The notes under the pieces were generated by a model, which was not told the origin of the DNA, searched no databases, and saw only the letters and a program-made list of their open reading frames with translations. Below, piece by piece: positions 1-11,835 of a stretch of DNA of 64,000 nucleotides (its first letter is position 1; each line of letters starts with the position of its first letter). The stretch is from contig QPGO01000003.1 in the NCBI GenBank assembly GCA_008632985.1, positions 372,001 through 436,000 of the forward strand. The letters run 5' to 3'. This DNA is from Psammoneis japonica (Eukaryota). The position numbers and the translations under genes were made by a program.

Positions 1-279
1 ACATTGTTCCATTGCGTCATAAAACTGTCAAGATATATAGCAGCAATGATGGAATTCTCATTCACTTTCTAGATATCATGTCTCTCTAGTCTCTAGAGAG
101 CTGTAGAGAGATGCATCTGACTCTCTCGAGTTATCATGTCTAATAGATAGGAATAGCCGGAGATATCTTGGTCATACAGTTTGAGTTCGACTAGAAAGTC
201 AAGCACTAAAGAAACTCTGTAGCATGCAAAACTGAACCTTTGAACTCATAGTCTCCAGCCTGCTACAAAAATCGCTTTT

Positions 280-883
280 CTAAAATGGACCAAACCATTC
301 GTCCGCTCCCCCCATGTAATTGACAAGGTTTGTGTATCCCGACATGGCGGCGAGACCCGCAGCATGCTGACTCCGAATACCGGCTTTGCAAGTAAATACC
401 AGCGTCTCGTCGAGACTTGGCTTTTCAAATCCAAAGGCTTCCTCAAAGTCATCTTCATCCATGGCAAATGCATTGGTTTGAGCCAAGAGCGGAAGCGGCG
501 CCGTGTGAACGACCGAGGAGAGCTTTCCCGTTGCTATAACCTCGTCGTCACCACGAACGTCCATTACAACATAACCACTCTCCTCGCGACCACCGTGTTC
601 CTGAAAAAGACAATACATGGACAGGAGGTATGCGTTTTTGTGAGAATCAGGGATTATCAACAAGAACAGACCAACGCACGTTGTTGTCGAAACCGACACG
701 CACCAAATCTTCTAGAATTTCCTCCATTTGCTGCTTTCCAATTTGCGCAATTTCAGGAGGCTCGTCTCCGAAAGCGCTCATGAATCGTTGTGTAGTGGGA
801 CGACGAGATGCTTGAAACAGAGCTCGACCGGCGGGAGCAAATGCGTGAGCACTGGTGGCAAGCATGACCCTTGTGACAATCAT
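280..883 (-). CDS. Rhodanese-domain protein with bipartite plastid-targeting presequence; exons 883-704 and 600-280 (166 aa)
   Basis: MIVTRVMLATSAHA-FAP matches the diatom ASAFAP motif. The phase-0 intron 703-601 (GTGCGT...TTTCAG) joins it to VMDVR...LVFTCKAGIRS...NYMGGADEW, the rhodanese active-site loop and C-terminal motif. Confidence 0.88.
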
Positions 884-1102
884 TTTCTGAAGAATTTCAC
901 TAAAAGAAGGAACTTGACAGAACGATGTCTCGTCTGAAGCGGACCAAGAGAGATACAATCCCAGAAAGGAGAACCACAAGAACAGAGTGTGAGGGCAACT
1001 TTGTGCGGCGCCGTTAGTCACCTATGATAAGTGATAAGCTGATTCATTAGCTTTTTTTTCGAAAAACCGATGTTGGGAAAAAAAAACGATGATGCTGCAT
1101 GC

Positions 1103-1145
1103 TGACGTCATAGCTGGGGAGTGTCTTGAGTTGACGTCATGACGT
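1103..1145. promoter_or_regulatory. Cluster of TGACGT(CA) bZIP/CRE-like sites upstream of the rhodanese gene
   Basis: TGACGTCA at 1103-1110 and 1132-1139, and TGACGT at 1140-1145, 220-260 bp upstream of the ATG at 883. Confidence 0.35.
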
Positions 1146-4100
1146 TTGTCGTTCGAGCGATCGACCCTTTCTTCTTACTTCCTCCAAATTTCGCCAGATT
1201 CTTGCAGTTCAGACAACAGCTTCTGCAACAAAAAGCTTTTCCAGTCAACAACCTTGAGCCTCTGCTCATCCTGTGTCACAGGTCACAGGTGATGCAGCCA
1301 GCATCGGCATGACAAATTGTGCGCCGAGCGGCGTTGCCGGGCACACACACTTGCCAGCAGCTGGGGCATTGCGAGACATCTGTTGTGCATGAGTGTCTGG
1401 CAAAGAAACTGCTCTTTATTGTTTGTGACTGTCAATCCAGTTTAGAAGTGCTGCAAGCTGTGAAAAATTAAAAATTTGGAAAAGCTGAGACCCAACCAAA
1501 CTGGCATGTTTCACCAGCACCCGCAATCTGTCACGCGACAGAGCTTGATTCTTTGTGCAGTTTGGTGCATCAACCTCCTTCAAATTTTTTCACTTCAAAA
1601 ATGGAAAGGTGAGTGCACATAAAAAACAAAAGCTTTGCATGCACCCACCCTTCAATTTGTTGGGGGGGGAATCGATTTTGAGGGAGTTCGTTGTGCCACA
1701 TGCAAAAATGGTCAGCGATGGGAGTCGAGCCTGTGCGCATCACCTGGAGCTGGAACAGGCCCATTGCACACCATGCATGCCTCTTCTTCCATGCCCAGGT
1801 GACATGCTGATGCACCTGTGTTTTTTTCCGTCGGCGGGTCCTCACCCATGCTGGCATCAAATGAAAAAACAAACTTGGCAACTTCGGCCTCAGGCAAACT
1901 CTCATCTCTGGCAAATGAGAGCTGCAGTTCATCTCACATCCCCCACTTTGAAACACACACATGACAGCTGGGAAAGATCTGACAAGCTGACTCCCAATTT
2001 TTGGAGCACACAGCAGGGTTGCCCGCTCTTCTTTTCCTGATCGCTTTTCTGTGTTTTTCCCATTTGCGGGCAGTGGAGTCTTTGCTTGTCAACATTGCCA
2101 GTGCCTGTCCCTCCAACCATTTCCATCCATGGCAACTTTGAGAACTGGCTGAAATCCTTGCTGAAATGGGAATGTTTGCACTGTTCTGCAACCCCTTGCC
2201 CTCCACGTTTCAGTCTTTGAAATCGCAGACTCCTTGGTGAATGTTCACGCTGCTGTGGGCAGCGATGCTTTGGCACTGCATTTTCATGGCACCTTTGGAT
2301 GGACATCAACTGTCAATGGGGCTCCCTCAGTTGATTGCGTTGGACCGGCATTTGGTTTTTGACCATCTTCCTGCCAAGCAGAAGCCTGTGGCTTTCTCAT
2401 TCAAGTGATGGAATTTTGCAAAGTGCATCCTGTCCCAAGGCAGGTGTGGATGCCTGCTGCAACAATTCCTCTCTGGTCCACAATGTGAAGAACTTCCACT
2501 CTCTGTCACCACATCCACTGGATGAGGAGGATGAATTTGACAAACAAAATGACTGTCATCATCAGCATCATGTTGCAAATGCATTGGCTCCCGACAACTG
2601 GGATGTGTTGCATGAGATTTTCATGTTGCTGCAAAGTTTGGAAGCTCACTCCATTGCGGAACAAGCTGACACCTTGGTCAGCATGCACTGGGTCAAAGGT
2701 CACCAAGACAACAACATTCTGCACAAGTCTCTGCCTCTTCCAGCAAAACTGAGTGTCTGTGCTGACAAGCTGGCAAGTGCATTCCAAGGTCAGTGCATTG
2801 GTGACACCTTGCTTGCACCTCACATGCCTCATTGTTCTGCAATGTTGACAGTCCAAGATTTGTTGGTGACTTCTAAATTCAAGTTGGTTCTGCACTGCAA
2901 AGCCCCCAGACTGCCCTGACAACATGTGTGAAGGAAAAGTGTGGATGGTCTGATGCAGTGCACTCTTCAATTGACTGGCACAGGTCCACTCCAAACAAAT
3001 GTCCTGCAACATTGGACGCAAGGTGTGAGCACAGTGAAAGTTGCACAAGATTTGCTTCCAACAAATGAGGTTGTTCGCCAATGAAATCCCACGTGCCCTG
3101 ACTGCTGCATGCATTGCCACCATCCACTCAAAGACAGAGACCACATTTTGCAGTGCAACCATGATGAGTCTTGGTGACGCACCTTTCTCCCAGGCTTGTG
3201 AAAGAAGTGCGATGATGTGCACACATCCCCGTCACCATGGGATCTGTTGTTGCACACTCTGGATGGCTGGTTTCATGATGAAATGCTTTGCTCTGAGAAT
3301 CTCCATCACAGTGTTGTGGTGGTGTGTTTCAATCTCATGATGAAATTTGCTGGAGACACATTTTCAGTGGGCGTTTCTCCTCATTGTGGAGTGACACCCA
3401 AAAATTGCACTTGTCATCTGCCGGTTTGTGTCGCTCCTTGCATGGCCAAGACAGGCAATTAGATTGGGCCGCTGCTGGAACAAGTTTTGTGTGGTCTCAA
3501 TGGTGGGAACTTTGGGACAGTCACAACAATGCAGTGCATGGGTGCGACTCTCTGAAATGAGAAAATCTTCTGAGCATGCAGAGATGCTGAGGTGGAAGTT
3601 GAGCTGTCTGCTCCAAGGCAGATGATCACCTGGCTTGCAATCAATCTCAGTTGTTTGATTTGATTGATGAGCATCTTGCTCATTTGACCCACAGATTGCA
3701 AAATTGGTTGGCTGTGGCCAGGCCAATGTTCAAGTCAAGCATCTGTGAAGCCCAGTGTCTGGCAGTTTGAGGCACGCACACCATTGCAAGTTGCTTCGGC
3801 ATGGCATCACCTGAGAGTGATGCCGATTCAGGCCAATTGTCACATGCTCTTGCTGCACCTGTTGCACTGGGAGTGTGGGTTGGCTTGTTGCCGGAGTCAC
3901 AGGGTGGAAGCACAGCAGCACTTGAAGAAATGAGATTTTGGGTTTTTGTTTTGTGTTTTCCCCATTTGGAGCAAAAGACTCAGCCACTGCTGCCCCAAGA
4001 GCTCTGCAGTGGGTGCCTCCACAAAATGCATTTGCCCCCAAATGGAGGTTGCAGCTCACACACACTTGTTTGACAGCCTGCCACGGCACACCTTTCCCAC

Positions 4101-5745
4101 AAGAGAGGGGTGCACGGTTGAAACAGCAGCAGCATGGTGTGTGCTGTGACCATCAACCAACACAAGCAATTTGGCCTTTTTTTCGATCTGTTGTTTCCAT
4201 CATTTCAGTGCATGCTCAGCAACCAACAAAATGGCTTGAGTCCAATGCTTCTGAAAAAAACACGCCAACACTTTGCGCCAAGCTCTCTTTCTCTGCCCCT
4301 CACCTCTTTCTTTCTCACAGGGCCAGGCAGCACACACAACAAACAATGCAGTTCCAGAAAAGGTGAACTCATGGAAAGGACAGCTTGTCATTCCTGCAAG
4401 CACAACAATGCAAAAGCCCTTTGAACCCAAGGACCCTCACGCTGTTGCATTTGCAACACACGAAGGGATGCGAGGGACAAAAAACACAGTGGCACGCTGC
4501 ACCTTGCGGCATTGTGCAGTTGACACTGTGGGTGTGACACAGCATTTTCTGCAATGTTGTGCAGCAATCCAAGTTTTGTCTCCGTGCTTGAATGTAAATT
4601 GTGTTGGGTCATTCTTTGATGCGGCTGGATGTCCATGATTTTGTCATTGGTGGTCATTCAAGACAAACTGAAAAAATGAGCCCCCATTGTGACCACCCAC
4701 AGAGAACACAAATCTTGAAATTGCACACACTGTAAACTCCAAAACTGCAATTGTAACCTGCAAGTTACGAGTGACGAGCACACAACCATGGTGGCCGATC
4801 AAACAGAACAACACCCAATGATCGCTGCCAGGCGTGCACAGATGCAGCCTGGAAGATTGGCCCATCAAACAGTGAATTGTGCGCAGCTGCAATCCAGAGC
4901 GAGACTTCATTGAATGTTGAATTCTGTGGTTGAAGTTCCTCATCTGAGCTTCCTGTTTCAGTGTGGTGGCTCTGCTTCTTCTTGTCGTTGTTGAAAATGT
5001 TCAGTCTACGACAACCGTGGGGGTGTGCGCCCAAGAGAAATTTGATGGCCCTGGCTCAAAAGACTGCAATGATGAAACTCTCAATCTGTTGTCAAGCCTG
5101 GAATTAAAACGTTCGGCGACCCCCATCTTGCATCAAAGCCACAAGGTTTTGGTGCTTTCCTCATGCCTGCCATTTCATGAATGTCTCTCAAATCTGCAGC
5201 CAGATGGGGGGTTGCAGCAGAGAACACCATGAAAGAACATGTTGAAAATGGTGGAGTCTTGTTGGCAGTCTCAGTGCAAACGGGTGCGCTCGCCTTTCTC
5301 AACTTGATTTTCCCTCTGGCTGGAACCTTGGTGATGCTGGCCACTGCTTTCCTGGCAATGGTGCACAAACAAACTCAGGGAACACAATGGGAACTGTGTT
5401 CCAAGGCGGGCTGGTGTTTCTTGGTTGCCCCTCTGCTGCAAAATTTTTCACATGCGGCAGCGTGTGGAATGCACACCAATGTGCGGGACGAAAAGCGCAG
5501 CATTGGCGGCGATGTTTCCCTTCGGATCCGGTTGTGTCGTTCTTTTTGCTTGGAACTTCTACGACAGTGGTCATGCCATCAATCTCCCAGGAGTTGGTGC
5601 TCGCGTTGACTGCCGCAGCAGAAATGATGTGTGGGCAACAGAAGTTCTTCCCCGCGCACTTAAATTTGCAGAACGACATTTTGTGGTGGCTCAGAGAGCA
5701 CGATCACGAACGGATCCACCTTCATGTTCTTCGCTGTCTGCAGCA
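1115..5745. other. TpA-depleted degenerate repeat block 1
   Basis: Very few TA dinucleotides, TG/CA excess and Tyr-free ORFs in all six frames. TA returns abruptly at about 5748. Confidence 0.8.
2090..3760 (+). mobile_element. Decayed non-LTR (LINE-like) retrotransposon 3' part: RNase H and C-terminal region
   Basis: Frameshifted RNase H motifs VGSD...GTFGW, GPAFG..SSCQAEACG (=SSYRAEAYG), CCNNSSLV (=YCDN), WDVLHEI, WVKGHQD and LSVCADKLA, then WELWDSHNNAVHG typical of diatom non-LTR elements. Confidence 0.75.
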
Positions 5746-6244
5746 GATTAGAGAGTCAGTAAGTCTAGAGCTCATCAATGACATGGATACGTCGCCAAAA
5801 GATGAACAGCTAGATAGAGTAGAGAGTGCAGTAATTACAAAATTATCATCTCCATTCCAACAACGCGCGCGAAAGTGCCAATTTTTTGCGCGGGCGCAAA
5901 ACCCAATTCCTTATTCTAATGACTGAAGAATGAAATAAACAACTTTACTGTTAGTATATATTCATCTACGTACATTACCCATTTTTCCGTTTTTGGTGTT
6001 GAAACGCACCAAGCAAAAGATCCACGTGGTGAAGAATCTTTTTCGTGGAAGTTCTCGCCAAATAATACTGCGTACGTAGAAACTGTGTAGAGAAAGTACC
6101 GATCCTGCCACGGAGCGACATCGGTCCCGTCGGAACAGAAAAACCTCACTTGTTGCTGTTGATGAAACATAGCTTTGTTGTTGCTGTACTTCACGTCTTG
6201 TTCTGGCAACAGCTTATAGCGTATAGCAGTCACTACCCAACAGG

Positions 6245-8765
6245 ATGAGTGGTATCGTGTTCTTACCGCTACAGATCCTTTTGATCTCTATTGATCTCTT
6301 GGTACGCAAAGCATACGTCTTTTTGAGATTTCAGAGAAAATCGACAGAGCAATGACCATAATATCTTACACAGTTTTCTTTGTTTACCTCTTGTTTTTCG
6401 TTGTATTCGTTCAGATCTCCATTATCACCTTCAAATGGGTCGGTGTTATCAAGAAGACGTTCTCTGCAGAGCCTGTTCGATCGGTTCCAGTCAAGGACGA
6501 TCCTTCGCACCGTGTTCAAGCTCAATTTCGGGAAAAGGTCGCTACCACGCCCAGTACGGGCGCTACCACCATGCACGAGGTGGCAAGCATTGCCTTTGAC
6601 ATGCATCCCACCAAAATTTGCATGAGGCAACGTGAATTTCTCGGATGGAAGACTCCAAAAAAGGTCAAGGAATTCTCGTCGACCGTCAAGGAGTGGACCT
6701 TTTCTCAAGTGCAAGACATTTCTACCAGGTTTGGAGCCGCCTTGGTTGCCAATGGCTGTGTCGCTTCGGATCCTACCACCAACTTGAACAAGATTACCAA
6801 GCCATGTCGCATGGCCATTTTTGAAAACACGTGTCCCGAGTGGATGATGTCGTGTATCGGTGCCTTTTCGCAGAGCATCGGTGTCGTGACGGTCTATGCG
6901 ACTCTTGGAATTGATTCCGTGATTGAAGCGGTCGATGACAATATCGTTCCCGTGATTGTCTGTAACAAGAGCAATGTCAAGTATTTGGTGGAACATGCCA
7001 AAAAGATGCCTTCCCTGAAAGCCATTGTTTACACGAACGATTTGGTGGGTAAGGATGATGAGTTTGAAATCCCTACGGCCCTTCCTCGTGGACTCAAGGT
7101 TTTCAGTTTTGACGAGTTTGTCGAGTCTGGTGATACTGCAAAGTATCCCGTAACGCCTCCTACGCCGGATACCACTGCTGTCATTATGTACACGAGTGGA
7201 AGTACCGGAAAACCAAAGGTAAGTGAAGACTTGGTATGGAGTGACTGCTCTATGGAGACTTGGACTTGGTGAATAGAGAGACTGCTAGGACTTGGACTTG
7301 GTGAATAGAGAGACTGCTAGATTATGTGATCCCATGTATTGAACTCAAAGATTCTGCCCCTCCCTTTTCTTTTTCAGGGCGTTGTCATTAAGCATTCTTG
7401 TGTCACTGGTGGAGCAGCAGCCGCTGAATATGCTATTGGTTTGAAAACAGAGCATCGCTATCTCGGGTATTTGCCTTTGGCTCATATCATGGAATTAATG
7501 GTTGAGTTTGTTTGTCTCGGAAACGGTGTTTCCATCAATTATGCCGATCCCAAGAGTTTGACGCAAACCGGATCCTACCCCATTGGTGCCCTGGAACAGT
7601 ATGCTCCTACTCACATGGTGGCCGTACCCAAGATTTGGGATACCATCAAGAAGGGTCTCCTGGCCAAGGTTGCCTTGTCCAGTCCTGTTGCTCAGGTGTT
7701 GGTTCACACGGCGATTCAGTGGCGTACCTTTGCGGTACGAATTGGATTGGATACGCCCCTGTTCAATGCTCTTGTTTTCAAAAAGTTCAAAAAGGCTGTT
7801 GGCGGACATTTAAAGTGGGCTCTGTCGGGCGGTGGTCCATTGAATGGTGAAGTCCAACAATTCATTCGCGTGGCCTTTGATATTCCGTTGATTCAAGGAT
7901 ATGTACGTGTTGCGCAATGGTGTGCTTGCCATTTATGACACTGGATGTCTTCTCAATGCTGCTTTTTCTTTTATTTCTGTTGCAGGGTCTTACGGAAACT
8001 TGCGCTGGATTGAGTATTGCTGCGTTTGAAGACGAGAGACCGGCCGTTGCCGGATTCCCCATTGCCTCGGTTCAAGTCAAGGTTGAATCGACTCCTGATG
8101 TCTGTGACCGCGGAGGATTGCCATACTTGTCTACGGACAGAAAGGATGTTGACGGAAACCCAGTTTGGGGACGTGGCGAAATTATGGTCAAGGGTACCAA
8201 TGTAACGTCCGGATACTACATGATGCCAGACAAGACCAAGGAAGTTTTCTTAGACGATGGTTGGTTCGCAACGGGAGATATTGGCCAGTTCCTCAGTGAT
8301 GGAAGTCTTCGGATTGTCGATCGTAAGAAGAACCTTGTCAAGCTCAAGTCTGGAGAATACGTTGCTCTCGAAAAGATGGAAATGGTTTACGGAAATTCTT
8401 CGTTTGTGGATGCCATTGCTGGTGGTATCTGTTGCTATGCCGATGGCGAGATGGATCGTCCCGTCGCACTCTTTCAACTTTCCGACCCGTCACGATGAAG
8501 TGGGCAAGGAGAACGGAGTTTCTGGGGATTTGAGACTGTCAAGAAGAGCAAGGAATTGTACAATGCCGTCATGGACTCCTTCACGGGTGAACACGCAAAG
8601 AGTGACTTGAGTCATATTGAAAAGCTCAAGGCTGCAGCCTTATTGACCGACCCCTGGACTCCCGAGAATGGATGCTTGACTGCCGCTAACAAGTTGCAAC
8701 GCCGTGTTGTGCAAGACTCCTTTCCCAAGGAATTCGAAGATGTGAAGAAGAAGGGAATTTTCTAA
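6245..8765 (+). CDS. LACS: Long-chain acyl-CoA synthetase; exons 6245-6301, 6415-7218, 7378-7902, 7986-8765 (three 1-nt deletions near 8485-8532)
   Basis: AMP-binding motif IMYTSGSTGKPKG, YLPLAHIMEL, QGY/GLTETCAG, GWFATGDIG, IVDRKKNLVKLKSGEYVALE and LTAANKLQR. Introns 6302-6414, 7219-7377 and 7903-7985 are GT-AG and keep the frame. Confidence 0.93.
7257..7320 (+). repeat. Perfect 32-bp tandem duplication in LACS intron 2
   Basis: gacttggacttggtgaatagagagactgctag at 7257-7288 and 7289-7320. Confidence 0.95.
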
Positions 8766-9843
8766 TTTTGCGTGATCCAACGGATGATGGGGAATGCGTT
8801 TAGTATTTGGAGTGGAGTAGACAACGACATAAGAATAAGTGGCGTGTAGAAGTCCAAATGACCTACTTTTCTCTCGTGGGTGCCATTGATCACACATTTA
8901 GGCCGGATGGGAAGGTCATGGTGATAACAAGAGTTTCAATTGAAACCAGATATGAAATACGTACAGCGTCAACACTAAATTGCTTTGACGCATGCGCTGG
9001 TCACGGTCTGGCTTGAAACACAAGCCTTGTATTAATCCTTTTGTCGGACGATTTCCCGATTGACACCGTGGGTTTTTGCGAGACCAAGAAACCGCCAGTC
9101 AAATGTTACCGCAATCAACATTAGTCTATAATGTCACCCGCATTCGTGTGATGGTCTCGTCGAATGCTGGCTACCTCTTTTGTTGTTGACTACGACACTG
9201 GCATAAAGCTGTTCTTTTATTCAGACTATTGCTTCCCAGCAAATTAATGTTGTTCCAGCCTAGGCAAGTAATCGACGATTGCCACAATATTTTTTCCTGA
9301 AGCAAATTCCTACCACAGTCCCGCTTTGGCAGTGCAATTGCGCTTGCGCGCCGAAACACACAGCCAATTTGCACATGGAATTAAAAGTTCCAAAATCAGT
9401 CCGTCTAAGACTCTTGAGATTGTCTCCTTTTCCAATTTCCAATGGCCCGCCACTCTTCGTACCATGGACAACCATCTCAAGGAAAGCATTTATGCACGCA
9501 AAGCACTGCAATGTGTATTGGCAGAACTTGTGATAAATCTCATGCAGTAGTTGGTACCCATACGCGCGAATCTTTACTCGCGTGTGTAGGTTCTTTCAGG
9601 AAAGTAACGATGCTTTTGTGTCGTTCGGCAAGCAGAAAAATTAGTATAAAGAGACAATGCTTGTAGAGATATGAATTCACTAATAACAGACCAAGCATGC
9701 ATTTTTTTTCGTTTTTCAAAGGGAGTTGGTCTCTGATATAGGCCTAAAGGGTTTGGTAAGCAACGATCAAATCATCATTCTTGCAGCTTTCAAGTCGCCG
9801 GTTGTGCCGATGGAGTGGTTGAGGGAGCTTCCGACGGCGCTGT

Positions 9844-11835
9844 TTAGAGACAGTCCGGCACCTGACCACTATCAGAAGGGCTTCTGGGAGGCTCGACACA
9901 AGCAGGAGCGGACGTTGGTCCATAGTTAGTAGAACTGCAATTGAAATTGCCACCACCGGCGCCGGTGCAACAAATGTCGTCACCCACTGAGTCGCAAGTG
10001 TAAATGCCACCAACCGGGGTATCTGCAACAACGGGACAAAACGGCAGATTCTTAACACTCTCTCCAAAGGTGCAATAAGTTGATGGGTGCGGTGGACTGT
10101 TAATCTCACTAAGGCAGCTTGTGCCGCATGTGGAACTGCAAGTCGAAGTTTGGAGCGCTCCAAGTGCGACCTTGACACATCCGCTGGTTGAAGGGCAGCA
10201 TTTACCTCGCTGGTCGTTCCGGGCACTGACAACCGCGTATACATCATCACACAGAGTCTTTTTCTTGTCGGTACAAAGTCCGACACTCTGACAGACACCG
10301 TCGATACAATCCTCACCGGAATCACAATCAGTCTCGTCGACACAATCGGGGCAAGGGTTAGCACAATTTCCACTACCATCGCACGCATCCGAGCAGTCGC
10401 ACTCAAAGATGCAACTTTCGCCTTGGTTATTCTTTTTGGACAAGCAAAAGTCTGAATCGCATATACATTCGCAGGTAACAGCGTCGCATGTTGCTCCCGC
10501 ACCGTCACTCGGGCGTCCACCGCAGTCACTGTCTTGACTGCACTCTTCGAGCAAGCCGTCGGCATCAAATTTTGTCACACATCGTCCAGTAGGTGAGCCC
10601 GATGGGACGTCACTAGGTGACTGCGACGGAGTTAGGCTGGGCATACTAGAAGGTGTGGTTGATGGGACGTCACTTGGCATGGGTACCGTGGGGCTCTGAC
10701 TTGGTGAATCGGACGGAACTGCTGACGGAGCATCACTTGACGATCTCGACGGACTGTTACTAGGTGACTGCGACGGAGCTTGGGTGGGCATATTAGAAGG
10801 GGCACTCGACGGGAAGCTACTCGGCGCGGCTGATGGAACGTCACTTGGCATGGGTACTGTGGGACTTTGACTCGGTGAATCGGAAGGAACTCCAGATGGA
10901 ACATCACTTGGCGAGCTCGACGGAATGCTGGTAGGTAACTGCGACGGAGCTTGGCTGGGTACACTAGAAGGAGCACTCGACGGGACGCTACTCGGCGCGG
11001 CTGATGGAACGTCACTTGGCATGGGTACTGTGGGACTTTGACTCGGTGAATCGGAAGGAACTCCGGACGGAACATCACTTGGCGAGCTCGACGGTATGCT
11101 GCTAGGTGACTGCGACGGAGCTTGGGTGGGCATACTAGAAGGAGCACTCGACGGAACGCTACTCGGTGTGCTTGATGGAGCGTCACTTGGCATGAGGGCT
11201 GTGGGACTTTGACTTGGTGAGTCAGAGGGTACGCCAGACGGAACATTACTCGGCATGTCACTCGGTGTGTTGCTAGGAGCCGCAGATGGTATGCCGCTCG
11301 GGATATCAGTGGGCGAGGAACTTGGTTGAATCGAAGGCACGTCACTTGGTGAGCTGCTTGGCACACCAGAGGGAACCTTACTAGGCGTACTCGAGGGAAC
11401 ATTGGATGGAACAATCGACGGCATGTCACTTAGTAAGTTTGATGGAGAATCAGTATCAGCATCAACAACAGCGTCACTGGGCGTACTCGAAGGAACATGG
11501 GATGGAACACCCGACGGCAAATCACTTAGTATGTTTGATGGAGGATCAGTATCAGGGTCAGGGATGAGGAGCATCGTCGGCGTAGCAGTAAACATAGTCG
11601 GTCTTCGAGTGGGACGAGGGCGCGGTCTCCAGGTTAGCCTAGTAGGACGCCGTATGAATCCCTTCCCCTTTCCTTTGGCCCTCTTGGGAGGCCTCCTTTT
11701 CCTTGGACGCCTCTTCCTGACCTTCTTTCCCTTGCCTCTCCTTCCCACTTTGCCTCGCCTCATATAGTTGAACCGAGAGCCTGCGAGAGAACAAGCTACC
11801 GAGGCAAGGAGAACTAGCAGAGTTAAATACCGCAT
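9844..11835 (-). CDS. Secreted mucin-like protein: signal peptide, K/R-rich segment, PSxxPS repeats, Cys-rich C-terminus (663 aa)
   Basis: MRYLTLLVLLASVACSLA signal peptide; RRGKGKKVRKRRPRK; long PSDVPS/PSSAPS tract; about 240-aa Cys-rich tail; single open frame. Confidence 0.85.
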   Translation of the reverse strand: MRYLTLLVLLASVACSLAGSRFNYMRRGKVGRRGKGKKVRKRRPRKRRPPKRAKGKGKGFIRRPTRLTWRPRPRPTRRPTMFTATPTMLLIPDPDTDPPSNILSDLPSGVPSHVPSSTPSDAVVDADTDSPSNLLSDMPSIVPSNVPSSTPSKVPSGVPSSSPSDVPSIQPSSSPTDIPSGIPSAAPSNTPSDMPSNVPSGVPSDSPSQSPTALMPSDAPSSTPSSVPSSAPSSMPTQAPSQSPSSIPSSSPSDVPSGVPSDSPSQSPTVPMPSDVPSAAPSSVPSSAPSSVPSQAPSQLPTSIPSSSPSDVPSGVPSDSPSQSPTVPMPSDVPSAAPSSFPSSAPSNMPTQAPSQSPSNSPSRSSSDAPSAVPSDSPSQSPTVPMPSDVPSTTPSSMPSLTPSQSPSDVPSGSPTGRCVTKFDADGLLEECSQDSDCGGRPSDGAGATCDAVTCECICDSDFCLSKKNNQGESCIFECDCSDACDGSGNCANPCPDCVDETDCDSGEDCIDGVCQSVGLCTDKKKTLCDDVYAVVSARNDQRGKCCPSTSGCVKVALGALQTSTCSSTCGTSCLSEINSPPHPSTYCTFGESVKNLPFCPVVADTPVGGIYTCDSVGDDICCTGAGGGNFNCSSTNYGPTSAPACVEPPRSPSDSGQVPDCL
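10640..11260 (-). repeat. Coding tandem repeat with a 171-bp (57-aa) period, about 3.5-4 units
   Basis: The cat of cacttggcatg recurs at 10678, 10849, 11020 and 11191. Confidence 0.85.

Noticed and set aside
5181..5926. ORFs of 142 and 179 aa at the edge of block 1
   Set aside because: No recognisable motif, and they lie mostly within stop-depleted sequence.
6352..6414. LACS start at ATG 6352
   Set aside because: It lies in a pyrimidine-rich intron. An upstream exon 6245-6301 splices in frame.
9744..11429. Alternate-frame ORFs of 274 and 265 aa
   Set aside because: They are shadows of the repetitive mucin-like gene.
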